From Chrysomallon squamiferum (taxonomy: Eukaryota > Animalia > Mollusca), in contig CM022666.1 of the NCBI GenBank assembly GCA_012295275.1, forward strand, positions 6,510,001 to 6,574,000: DNA of 64,000 nt, given 5' to 3'. Below are positions 39,466 through 52,387 of this stretch, one piece after another. The notes beneath the pieces are model-generated. The model was given only the letters and a program-made list of their open reading frames with translations. It was not told the origin of the DNA and made no database searches. How positions within the stretch are numbered: the stretch's first letter is position 1; every line of letters starts with the position of its first letter. A program made the position numbers and the translations under genes.

Positions 39466-40988
39466 TTTCCTACGTTTTATTTTCTGTGTGGTATTGCATT
39501 GTATAGTGTCTTTATATTGTTACATACAATAGACACTGACAAGCGCATAAAAATAGTTATTCAAGTCATGCGTAAATGTTTTTAAAAGTTCGACCCTCCT
39601 CCAAAACATTGGAAAGCTCTCTAGGCCCCTCTCTCCAAACTCATTTTATACATACCTACATACTATTACGTAAATTTAATTGATCTTAACAGTTAATTGT
39701 TGCATGAACCAAATGGAAATAAAAAACACAATACAAAACAAACAAACAAAACATACTATTAGTGCACACTCACACACACCTACACACACCCACCCACACA
39801 CACACAAACACACACACACATGGATTAGAGATAACAGTAATTGAAGCAGGTAGTTACATACACATTTCACAGCAAACGACGTCATTGCATCTATAGCTTA
39901 CAACTCAGCAGTTTATAAACAATGCTCGACTAGAATTACGTTTGAAGATAAAGAAATGCACTGGTGATCTTTTAAATTGTCCAATGAGCTACTATTGTTA
40001 CTATCTGGGTTTTTTTGGAGGGAGGGTTGGACGACCGGATGACCAATAAAACTGAATCATGATATACGTGTGGGTGGTCGTGCACGAATGTAGGTGTATC
40101 TACACATGATTATATTTAACATACTGTCTATAAAGAATACAAATTATGCTTTATAAAATAAAAATTAAAATCATGTCAATGACTTCTATACAAGCGAAAA
40201 ATGACTTGATCAATGCTCCAATTAATATTACTTGACATTAACAAACAAAAAAAAAACAAAAAAAAAACAGACAAATACAGAACTTTGTATTTCTTTTAAA
40301 GTCAATGTCCAAGTAATTCTCGAGGAAATAAAAATAATGAAAATACTAATCAGATTTGCCAGTGTCTGAGTCAGACTGTGGTTTCACGACATTGACTCTC
40401 TTGGTATTAATAATATTAACAAAAATAACTTGTGTATCACCTACTGAACTGAGGTATCGCTGTAGTCTTTATTTAATAACAATGGCAACAGCAAAGAGTA
40501 ATAATTATAATCATGATGATGATAAATTTAATAGTAGCAGTAGTAGTAGTAGCAGTAGTAGTAGTAGCAGCAGCAGCACTAATATAAATAGTAGTAGAAG
40601 TAATAATACTACTAATAATGATTATATAATAATAGTAGTAGCAGTAATATTAATGACGATGATGACAGTGATAATAAAATTATTAATAATCATAATATTT
40701 ATGATTCTGAAATGCTTCTGAAAAGAAAACCTATTAAAAAAAAAATGCTTTAAATAGATTGTTCATTATGCAAATTTTACATAAAATTTTAATTGTGTGT
40801 ATATATGTGTGTGTGTTTTCTTATTTTAATTATTATTTTATTTTTGTTTTTGAAACAATGTTATTCACCTGCGAATATCTGTATTTTGTGTGTGTCTATC
40901 TTGGTATTATTTATTACTAATAACATTTTTCTTCTTTAGGTCTTGTTTTAAAGACCACTTCTAAAGGAATTAAAAGTTGTTACAGAAA

Positions 40989-41860
40989 ACGGTACCAATT
41001 CGTCCAGTCATTGCCAATTTCTCTTATGGTACTAAATATCGTGGAAACCAGGAGAAAACTGTTGTCATGACAAATCTACGAACAGAACCAGGAACAATGC
41101 CACGTATTGCAGTTACAGAGATGGAGAAAAAGTGATCAGTGAAATTATGAAAAAGGTATGTTTGTTTTTCTTCATTTTTTTAAAGACACACGAAATTATG
41201 AATTTGGAAAAGTTTAAATATATAATTGAATGAAATTATGTTTATTTGTTGTTGTTATGCTTTTTTTTTTTTTTCGAATTTGATGCAGTTATGGGTTTAT
41301 TTTTGTAGTGTGTGTATATATGACAAAATAGTCTCTTTTTATTGTATCAGCGAACTTCAAAATGCCTGATCTAAAGGGACGTAAAGCAGAAATTACTCTT
41401 AAATGAGTATAATAGCTGGAATTGTTGTCTGAGCTGTTCAGAGCAAACTCAGGCTAAATTATGTGAAATTATGATTTATTATTCTTTTAACTTTTTAAAT
41501 GTTTATTTTATATTAAAAAATGTATTTTTTTTTCTTGATTTTATTTTTTTTTTATTTTTTTTTATTTTTGTTTTGGTTTATAGTTACACATGAAATTATA
41601 AAATAGAAACATTCAGTGTGCCCAAAACATATATTTATTAATTTAAAAATGCTTATTTTAGACATGTCTCATTATGGTTTTTAATATTCATTTTAGAAGC
41701 TGAATGAAAATTATGCAAGATAGAAAAAGTGGTAAGCTAACACAAACTGTAACCTGTGTGTGTGTGTGTGTGTGTGTTTGTGTGTGTGTATATACATATA
41801 TTTCAGAACAAAAACTTCACAGATCGCAGAGAACTGATTTTAGTTAATAAAAATTCCGTT
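40989..41860 (+). pseudogene. Inverted (plus-strand) TNF pseudogene: internally deleted exon 1 plus exon-2 and exon-3 relics, tail-to-tail with copy E
   Basis: 40989-41155 matches exon 1 (ccagtcattgcc..ctcttatggtactaaa...aaaccaggagaaaactgttgt...gaaattatgaaaaag|gtatg); 41697-41731 is ttttag|aagctgaatgaaaa...aaaagtg|gtaag (exon 2); from 41807 atttcag|aacaaaaacttca (exon 3 start). Confidence 0.8.
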
Positions 41861-42000
41861 TGGGTGTGTACCTATGTATTTAAACAGTATCAGGTCATAA
41901 ACAGTTTCTCTGATATATACACATCCATGAGTACTCTCTTTCTGTCAGAGTACAAAAAATTATGTATTACCAATTATATTTCACGCCTCTCGTAACAGTT

Positions 42001-43736
42001 TTACAGCATATACAGGCCAAAGTAGGTTGTCTCAGGATCTCTCAAAATTCTGTTCACAACTGATGTTCTCACCACTACAGTCTCATTGGCTTTCATGTAG
42101 AAAACAGCTCCAATGTAGGAGGGAACAAAACCTTCCTGGTATCTTCGTACTTTGCATGTTGTTTGAGGATTTCTGTAGAGGACTTCATAATTTGGATATT
42201 TTTCAATTGAGTGACACAGCCTAGCGTATTCTAGCGCTCTCATTTGGTTGGCATGGAATAAAATGTTGCTGTATATGAAGTAGGGAGCAGTTTCTTTGAC
42301 TTGAATCCCATCAGCGACAACAGTCACACCTCCTTTCACAAACGATATTTTACCAGACGACGTCCATTTGATGAGAGGCTTCGGTATGTCTGAAAAGTTT
42401 GTAACAATAAATGACTTTTAAATATTATTTTAATTTTAAATTGTCAACAGTTGTAGTTAGTATTAGTAATCTATTTCTATTACTACTACATGATCCTTAT
42501 ATTAACTACTACTATCACTGGTATTTTTACCCCTAACAGTTTCTATCACAATTTCTACAATTATTTCCTAACTACTACTAATAACTAAGTCATTACTACT
42601 ACTACTATCAACATACCAACATTTTTTTAGTAACTACTGCTATTACTTCAATTTTACTACATTTAACTGAGTACTACTACTCTACTACTGCTATTACTAG
42701 TTCTCTACTACTACTATTTGTTTTCTTACTTTTGTCATATGTTGCATTCACTTCCATTTGTAGATGAGCCGATGTCTTCACATTGTTTTTATTATTCAGA
42801 CGAGCAGCAATCTCTCTGATCTTCTGAAGTTCTTGTTCTGAACATATACAAATACACACTCTTATACACATTGTTTTTATTATCTAAATTCAGATAATTG
42901 CGACCTCTCTGATCTACACACACGCGGTCCACACACATACACACTCACATCACTTATATATGTGTACATACATAGACTCGCACATACATACACACATAAA
43001 TACAAATACATATTTATAAAAACGTTTGTGGGTATTCGAGTATGTGTGGCTGAGTCAGTTTGTGTCTGTATCTTTTTTCGGTGTGTGTCTCTGTGTTTCT
43101 GCTACTTTGTATTTTTACGTATGTCTGAGTGTGTATGTGTCTGTGTTAACTTACCACTTTTCTCAGCTTTTGTGTGACTTTCACTCAGTTTCTAAAAAGA
43201 ATGTTAATAACCAATTTAAAACTCTTCCATAATAATTTTTTATATTTATAAATATATTTTTGCGCAATGAATTTCTCCTTTTCATAATTATTAAACATAT
43301 GTGAATCTTTTTTCTTTTTTTAATTTCATTTATAATTAACATAACTTTTTAATCTTTCTATGCAGAATTCTTAATTTCGTACCGACAAAACTTTTATTTT
43401 AAATTATTATTATTTCTTTTTATTTTCTAATTTATTTATTTATGGAATTTTTTTAGAATTTATAACAGAATTTACCTTTTTCATAATTTCACTGATCACT
43501 TTTTCTCCATCTCTGTAACAGCAATACGTGGTATTGTTCCTGGTTCTGTTCATAGATTTGTCATCACAACAGTTTTCTCCTGGTTTGCACGAGATTTTCA
43601 CACACAGTTCCTTCTCAAACAACAAGTTGGTTTCTCTGTTCAGAAATTGTTTTAATGTTACAGATACAATGACACTGATGAGAATGAAGTTTAGCACCAT
43701 AAGAGAAATGGCAATGACTGGAAGAACTGACTTCAT
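42001..43736 (-). CDS. TNF-superfamily ligand copy E, 264 aa, 4 exons
   Basis: Exons 43736-43476, 43191-43155, 42837-42730, 42389-42001; GT-AG, open frame, THD motifs intact. Confidence 0.92.
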
Positions 43737-43845
43737 TTTCCTTCTTTTCTTTGTGCTATTCCACTGTATTGCGTATAGTGTCTTTTATACTCTTACGTTG
43801 AATCGTCACTGACATGCGCACATGTTATCAAAATTCAGATTGGTT

Positions 43846-44212
43846 TGGCCTTCCTCCAAAATACAATAGCTATCTGGCTCTTCTTCAAAACACAATAGCT
43901 ATCTGGCTCTTCTTCAAAACACAATAGCTGTCTGGCTCTTCTCCAAAACACAATAGGTGTTTGGCTCTTCTCCAAAACACAATAGGTGTTTGGCTCTTCT
44001 CCAAAACACAATAGCTGTCTGGCTCTTCTCCAAAACACAATAGGTGTTTGGCTCTTCTCCAAAACATAATAGCTGTCTGGCTCTTCTCCAAAACACAATA
44101 GGTATTTGGCTCTTCTCCAAAACATAATAGCTGTCTGGCTCTTCTCCAAAACACAATAGGTGTTTGGCTTTTCTCCAAAACATAATAGCTGTCTGGCTTT
44201 ACCTCTTCAAAA
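43846..44212. repeat. 29-bp minisatellite, 12 full units plus a partial, upstream of copy E
   Basis: Same unit; 43846-44193 = 348 bp = 12 x 29. Confidence 0.95.
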
Positions 44213-45336
44213 TCATTTTACACACACTATTACGTAAATTTAGTTAATCTTAACAGTTAATTGTTGCATGAACCAAATGGAAATAAAACAACAAAATATA
44301 AATAAACTAACAAGCAAAACAATGGAAATAAGTCACATACTATTAGCGCACACACACACACACAAACACACATGCACGAAGAAACAACATATATACATTT
44401 GTACATGTGTTGATACACAGACTGGTACACACGTAACAACTGATTAGGTATTTTATTTTATTTTTTATTCAATCACTCTTCAATAAATAAATGATCGAAT
44501 ATTTAATCCAGAACATCTACATTATCTAATTTCAAATGTCCTAATACACTCCAGCTATGCACTACAGTATATATCTACACAAGCTCCAAGGACGCGCACT
44601 GTCATAAAAATTGGATTATTCCCTGACAGAGAAAAACTACTTATTTTTATTTATTTGTTTATATTTAAAATCGTGTCAGTTGTTCAGGGTGCTCATGTGG
44701 ACTAGAGATAACAGTGACAGAAGCAGGATGTGAAATAAGATATCGGGGAAACCACGTTACGTACACATTTCAGTCATTGTAGTTCGAGACTCAGAGTGAA
44801 TACGTGGGCCGAGTATTTTGTATCAGCTGCATGGCTTAGATAAACAGCTATTTATAAACACTGCCCGGGTAGAAACTACTTTTAAAGATAACGAGTGCAC
44901 TGGGGATTTTTGTAAGTTGTTCAGTGAGCTACCGTTGTTACTATCTGTTGTTTGTTTGTTGTTGTTGTTTTTTGTTTGTTTTGCAGATAGTAAACCAAAC
45001 CGTCATGGACGTCTGGATGACCATTAAAACGTAATCATGATATAAGTGTGTGTGGTTGTGCAGGAATGTAGGTGTATCTGTTGTATAAGTATGTCATATA
45101 TACATGGTTATATAACAGCAATATTTAATTTTTCCTAACCACTACTAATAAATAAGTGATTATCATTCCTTCTACTACTATCAACAGACCAAGCTTGTAA
45201 GTAAGCACTACTATTACTTCAATTTTACTACTATCAAATCACCTCTTTAACTGAGTACAACTAGTCTACTACTACTATAACTCTGCTACTATTACTAGAA
45301 ATCTACTACTACTACTACTACTATTTGTTTTCTCAC

Positions 45337-46349
45337 TTGTCAAATGTTGCATTCATTTCCATTTGTAGATGAGCCGATGTCTTCACTTTGTTTTTATTAT
45401 TCAGATTATAAGCGACCTCTCTGAAGTTTAAGTTTCTGTTCTGAAATATACACACATACATACATACAGAGAGATAGATTGACACATGTATAAATACACT
45501 GACTCGTATACACATTGTTTTTGTTATCTAAATTCAGAAAATCAGCGACACCTCTGATCTTCATACACATAAGCACACACACACACATACACACACATAT
45601 ATATATACACATGTACATATACAGACTCGCACATACATACACATAAATACAAATACATAGTGAATATGTGCGACTTGTTGTTTCTGTTTGTATCTGTGTA
45701 TTTTTTCTGTGTGTGTATGTTTATGACTTTTCTTGAATGTGTCTGTGTTAACTTATCACTTCTCTCTGCTTTTGTATGACTTTCATTCAGTTTCTAAAAA
45801 CGATGTTAATAATCACTTTGAAACTCGTCCATAATAATCAATTTTAAATTTATAAATATATTTCAGCACTATTAATTTCTCCTTTTCATAATTCTAATAT
45901 TATTAAACCTATATGAATCTTTATTCTTTTTTCAATTTCATTTATAATTAACTTAACTTTTTTATCGATTTATACAGAATTTACCGATTTCTTAATTTCG
46001 TACCTATACAAATTTTATTTTATTTTATTTCATTTTTATTTTTATTTTTTTGTATTTAATGTATTTATGGACATTTTTTAGAATTTACTTTTTTCATAAT
46101 TTCACTGATCACTTTTTCTCCATCTGTGTAACAGCAATACGTGGTACTGTTCCTGGTTCTGTTCGTAGATTTGTCATCACAACAGTTTTCTCCTGGTTTT
46201 GCACGAGATTTTCACACACAGTTCACTGTCAAACAACAAGTTGATTTGTCTGTTTAGATATTCGTTTAATGTTACAGATACAATGAAACTGATGAGTACA
46301 AGTTTAGTACCATAAGAGAAATGGCAATGACTGGAAGAACTGACTTCAT
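45337..46349 (-). pseudogene. TNF ligand pseudogene F (duplicate of D)
   Basis: Same main lesions as D at an offset of about 6884 bp; ATG at 46349. Confidence 0.85.
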
Positions 46350-46675
46350 TTTCCTACGTTTTATTTTCTGTGTGGTATTGCATTGTATAGTGTCTTTATA
46401 TTGTTACATACAATAGACACTGACAAGCGCATAAAAATAGTTATTCAAGTCATGCGTAAATGTTTTTAAAAGTTCGACCCTCCTCCAAAACACTGGAAAG
46501 CTCTCTAGGCCCCTCTCTCCAAACTCATTTTATACATACCTACATACTATTACGTAAATTTAATTGATCTTAACAGTTAATTGTTGCATGAACCAAATGG
46601 AAATAAAAAAACACAATACAAAACAAATAAACAAAACATACTATTAGTGCACACTCACACACACCTACACACACC

Positions 46676-46707
<32 letters not shown>

Positions 46708-47254
46708 CACATGGATTAGAGATAACAGTAATTGAAGCAGGTAGTTACATACACATTTCACAGCAAACGACGTCATTGCATGTATAGCTTACAACTCAGC
46801 AGTTTATAAACAATGCTCGACTAGAATTACGTTTGAAGATAAAGAAATGCACTGGTGATTTTTAAATTGTCCAATGAGCTACTATTGTTACTATCTGGGT
46901 TTTTTGGGGGTAGGGTTGGACGACCGGATGACCAATAAAACTGAATCATGATATACGTGTGGGTGGTCGTGCACGAATGTAGGTGTATCTACACATGATT
47001 ATATTTAACATACTGTCTATAAAGAATACAAATTATGCTTTATAAAATAAAAATTAAAATCATGTCACTGACTTCTATACAAGAGAAAAATCACTTGAAA
47101 AATGCTCTCATTAATTTTACTCGATATTAACAACAAAAAACAACAACAATAAACCCCCTAAAAAACCCTAAAGAATCCAGACAAATACAGAACAAGACAT
47201 TTGTACTTCTTTTGAAGTCAATGTGTAAGTAATTCTCGAGGAAATATATATATA

Positions 47255-47830
47255 TACTGATTTATGAATTTAATTCGTTCCGTTACCGAGCTCATAATTC
47301 AGTTTGCTTGTATATTAAATCAATTTTCCCAACTGAAATTAAATTAAAAAAACAGCCCCCCAAATATCACCCGAATTTTTGTAATGTGTTTTTAAATAAG
47401 AAAACAAATATATTTATAAAAGACAGATATTGCATAAAAACTAAATAAAAGAGAATGTAAAGAAATAAATTGGTTTTGTAAAGTGTATTTATCTTGGAGA
47501 TCAGACAAATTATTTTAACGTCTTTGGCTGGAGTTATAGCCTTTATCGACTCCTTCTGCTTCAATATAGTACATATCATAAAAGTACTAAGCTTGTATTA
47601 CCTAGCTAAGTCGACTACACGCACACTTCGCACTATTTTCTATAATTTCATGCTTTAATTCAATGGACATCACCCGCTTCTTGTTCTCAGCACTGTCCTT
47701 TGCACTCACTTTCTTAGGATCCATGGTTAGAAAAAAGAAATTTGCCGAACTGCTGCACAAAAACACGAGCACAACACAACAGAGATGCTTCCACAACAAG
47801 GTAACCACGTGATGTAAATCAAGTGCTGTT
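47255..47830 (-). mobile_element. Tigger/pogo fragment
   Basis: MDPKKVSAKDSAENKKRVMSIELKHEIIE...ICTILKQKESIKAITPAK. Confidence 0.75.
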
Positions 47831-50589
47831 TTATATTAACAGAGACATCAGATTCTCTGAAATATTATGTTCGTATGTGTACAGAGATTTGTTTCCATAA
47901 TCTATAAGATACATCAGGAATTTAGCTGTGTCATAACAAAACATCCAACATCAACCATCGTCACCAATCAGACTTTCATTGTCAACCTCATAATCCAAAA
48001 TTTCAATGTCAGCCTCATCGTTCAGAATTTTATTGTTCCTACAAATACTATTAATATTAGTGCTGCTGCTACTATTATTAACTTTATCATCTTGATCTTC
48101 ATCATTATTATAATTATTACTGTTTCCTGTTGTCATTGTTGTTAAATAAAGACTACAGTGATACCTCTGGTCACTAGTTCATTATTTTTATTACTTGGAT
48201 ATTTACTTTAATGTGTAATTTTGCATTTGACATATTTTTTTTGTTTTTTAAATATCAAGTCAAATTAACGAGAGCATGTTTCAGCTCACTTTTCACTTGT
48301 ACACCAGTCAGTGACATGATTTTAATTTTTATAAAGCAAAATTTGTATATTTTATAGACAGTATGTTAAATACTGCTGTTATATAGATACACATACGTAC
48401 GTGCACAGTCACACACACACATCACAATTAAGTTTGAACGATCATCCACTAGTCTCTCACGTTTGATTTGCCGTCTTAATACCCCCGCCTCCCATCCTCC
48501 CAAAAACATACAAAAAACCAAACAACAATAACAATGGTAGGTCGGTGGACAAATTTTAAAAATCACCAGTCCATTCATTATCTTTACGCCTACCCGAGCA
48601 GTGTTCATAAATAGCTGTGACTCAGTCTGAGTGACTGTGAAATGTACACCAAGTGTGGTATCTTATTTCGCTACCTGATTCTGTCACTGTTACCTCTTGT
48701 CCACACGAACACCCTGAAAAACTGATACGCTTTTAAAAATCAATAAATAAAAATAAATAGTTTTTATCTGTCAGGGAATAATCCTAAATTTGAAATTAGA
48801 TAATGTAGAGGTTCTGGATTAAATGTTTGATAATTTATTTCGGATTACACTACTGAAGAGTGATTGAATAAGAAGTAATAAAATACCTGGATAATTGTCA
48901 GTTGTTACGTTTATCTTTCTTTGTATCTTTCATGCATGTACATCACGTGTACTTGGCGTGATCAGGGCAAACCGAACAAAGCCAAAACTTTACATGATCA
49001 CGGTGCACGCTCTCGCCTTTGCGTGTGTGTGTGTGTGTGTGCGTGTGTATGAGTTACTGAACATCGACAACGGCAATCGTAATATTAATAAGAACTACGA
49101 CTGCAACAATACAACAGCAGTAATGAGTGTATGTAGTTTATTTGAGAACATTATGTATAAAGTACACATGTAACATTTAAATATTTTCTTTCTATTATAT
49201 TCTAGGTGGTTATCTTCTTTCCTAACAGTAAGGTTATATTACATTTTCTCATAGCTTTTCAAAAAGGTGATTTATAGGATTCGAATAAAAACCACCTGAT
49301 TCGCGAAAATTCTAGTTTCTGTTTGTTTTTAATACTTTATTATTATCATCTAAAGGGCAGCAGACTCTAAGCAAATTAAAAAATTATTTAGATAACGAAA
49401 ATTAAGTAAGAAGGCAATTTATACAGGGTAGTCCAAAAGCAGGTGGACAGTAAATGATAATATTTATTTTGAGATTACATATACAGTTATATTTACTCAA
49501 AAAGTAGGTGGACGTTTAAATAATTTAAATAATTGTAGTTATAAAATTTTAAATAACATAGCACTAACACCATAGTTATAATGAACATCATTGTAATAAT
49601 ACAACCCTTATTTTAATTTTTTTGAAAGAATATTCTATTGTTTGTGTAGAATCTCTGTGCACGCATTATTTTTATGTGCGTGCGTGTGTGTGTGTGTGTG
49701 TTCTTGTTTTATTTATTATTTTATTTTTTGAAAGAATGTTATTCACGTGCGAATATCTGCATTTTCTACGTGTCTTTATCTTGGTATTATTTATTACTAA
49801 TAACATTTTTCTTCTTTTGGTCATTGTGTTACAGACTACGTCAAAAGGAATTAAAAGTTGTTACACGAAATGGTACCAATTCGTCCAGTCATTGCCATTT
49901 CTCTTATGAAGCATTTCTCAATCATAAATCTATCTTTTGATAATTAATAATTTTATTATCACTATCATCATCATCATGGTCATTATTACTACTGCTACTA
50001 GTATTATTATATAATCATCATTATTAGTATTATCCTTATTACTAATACTATTTATATTGGTGCTGCTATTACGTCATTATCATAATTATTACTGTTTGCT
50101 GTTGTCATTGTTGCTAAATAAAGACTACAGTGATACCTCTGGTCACTAGTTCACTAATTTTATCTCTTGGATATTTACTTTAATGTGTTGTTCTGAATAT
50201 GTCGGTTTTTTTTTTTTTTTTTGTCCGTTTTTTTAAATATGAAGTCAAATTATTGAGAGCATGTTTCAACTCACTTTTCACTTGTACAGAAGTCAGTGAC
50301 ATGATTTTAGTTTTTATTTTACAAATCATAATTTTTATACATTATAGACAATGTGTTAAATATTTCTGTTATATTACCACGTACATATCACATACTTATA
50401 CTGACAAGGCTGGTGCAACCATATAGGCAAACCAGGCAGCCAACTAAGGCGCTGATTTCAGGGAGATCATTTTATAATATTGCAGGGGGCAGTTCTGCTG
50501 TGAATGAATATTTTATCGAATGATAAGATTTTAAACGTAAACGTGTCATTTCTACCGAAATCACATTTTGGGTGGAGTGAGACCAGAGA

Positions 50590-51100
50590 GCCCAACCAAT
50601 AACTTTGGCTGCCGTATCTGCCTTTAAAGGACCAACAGAAAATTAGGCAAAAGAAACATTACTGACATCAAATTTTGTAACGATTAGTTTCTTTGGTACG
50701 AGTTCTTGGCATTCCGTGGTAGAAATGAAAAGTTGTATTGCCCTGGTAACGGAAATCTTTTGAAGATTATAGAATACAAAGCCCTTTTTGAAATCTTTTG
50801 AAGATTATAGAGTATCTAGCCCATTTTGATCCTATCATGAATGCTCGTTTGCGTAGAGTTAAGAATTACGAATCCCTAGTTCACTATCTTGGAAAAGGTA
50901 TCCAAACTGACCTTTTACAGCTTGTAGCCAGTGCTATACAAAAAAAAAAAAAAATTTTAATTTGTGTAAACTCTACTAAATAGTTTATTCCATAATTCTG
51001 GATTGATGTAAGTGCTACTGAAAAAATTACAATGACTGTTCATTTTGTTGACGTAATCAGAACATGAGACAATGGGATAACTGAGCATGAAGTCATCACT
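50590..51100 (+). mobile_element. hAT fragment, duplicate of 8700-9200 (shorter pieces at 4960-5111, 15735-15886, 58005-58104)
   Basis: KIIEYLAHFDPIMNARLRRVKNYESLVHYLGKGIQTDLLQLV. Confidence 0.7.
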
Positions 51101-52117
51101 AATGTCTATCTTTATGTTTATTTATTCTTGTCTTAATTTTGCAAATAAAATAGTATCAAATAGTGTATTTTGGGGGGGTGTCCGGACATTTGAGCAGAGA
51201 GGGGTAATATATTTTTTTATGTCTGGTCTGTGATGAAATTTTGAAATCTTTAATTTTTTTATTTATTGTTTCTATATTTTGAAACTGATATATTTGGATA
51301 CCCACACCCACGCATATATCACGTCTCAGTTTAAATTACTGTGCAGTCGTCACGAAGCGTGTCCAGAAAAAGAACCGACAGTAACAATGGTATCTCATTG
51401 ACAACTTTTAACAATCCCCAGTGCATTCGTTATCTTAAAAAGGTCTACCCAAGCAGTGTTTGTGAACAGTTGTTTGCTAAGCGACTCGGCTGATACAAAA
51501 TATTCTCAACATAAACTGATGTCAGGCTGGGACGTATGATTGCCCCGACATCTTATTTCACAGCCTGCTTGAATGATGCGACTGCTATTGTATCGAGTCC
51601 ACATAAACAACTGACACAGATTTGAAAATAAATGAATAAAAATAAAAAGTTTTTCTATCAGAGAATAACCCAATTTTCATGACCAAGCGCTTCCGTGTTG
51701 CTTGTGTAGATATACTACAGTGTATAGCTGGAGTGTATTAGGACATCTGAAATTAGATAATGTAGAGGCTCTGGATACAGATTTTGATAATTTATTTAGG
51801 GTTAGACCATTGAAAAGTGATTGAACAAAAAATAATAAATCTCGCAGAAACCCAGCGATATCCATTAAAGTGTAGTCTGAGCTGTTGTCCACCAGAGAAG
51901 ACTCAGGCTAAATTATATGAAATTATGATTTATTTTTCTTTTAAATTTTTAAATGTTTATTTTAAATTAAAAAAAAACAGAAAAAAACGAAATATTTTTT
52001 TATAGATGCACATGAAATTATAAAAAAGAGAAATTCAGTGTGCTCAAAACATATTTATTAATTTAAAACGTCTTATTTTAGACATGTCTCATTATGGTTT
52101 TTAATATTCTTTTTTAG

Positions 52118-52245
52118 AAGCTGAATGAAAATTATGCAAGATAAGCAAAAGTGGTAAGCTGACACAAACACACGCATATACATATATTTCAGAACAAAAA
52201 CTTCAGCAGATCGCAGAGAACTGATTTTAGATAATAAAAATTCCG
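52118..52245 (+). pseudogene. Inverted TNF exon-2/exon-3 relics downstream of copy G
   Basis: Same relics as 10221-10350; exon-2-like segment 52118-52153 ends aaaagtg|gtaag. Confidence 0.7.
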
Positions 52246-52387
52246 TTTGGGTGTGTAGCTATATATTTAAACAGTATCAAGTCATAAACAGTTAGTTTGA
52301 TATATACACGTCCATGAGTACTCTCTTTCTGTCAGAGTACAAAAAATTATATATTAACAGTTATAATTCAGGCCTCTCGAAACAATT

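Larger units (their letters stand above)
35500..47070. repeat. Tandem segmental duplication of about 6.8-6.9 kb (gene C + pseudogene D versus gene E + pseudogene F)
   Basis: Identical spurious ORFs at offsets 6776-6883 (36186/42962, 37935/44818, 38450/45333). Confidence 0.9.

Noticed and set aside
43846-44212. 29-bp repeats resembling a CRISPR array, with ORFs in three frames
   Set aside because: Units are head-to-tail with no unique spacers, there are no cas genes and the context is eukaryotic; the ORFs are artefacts of a stop-free repeat strand.
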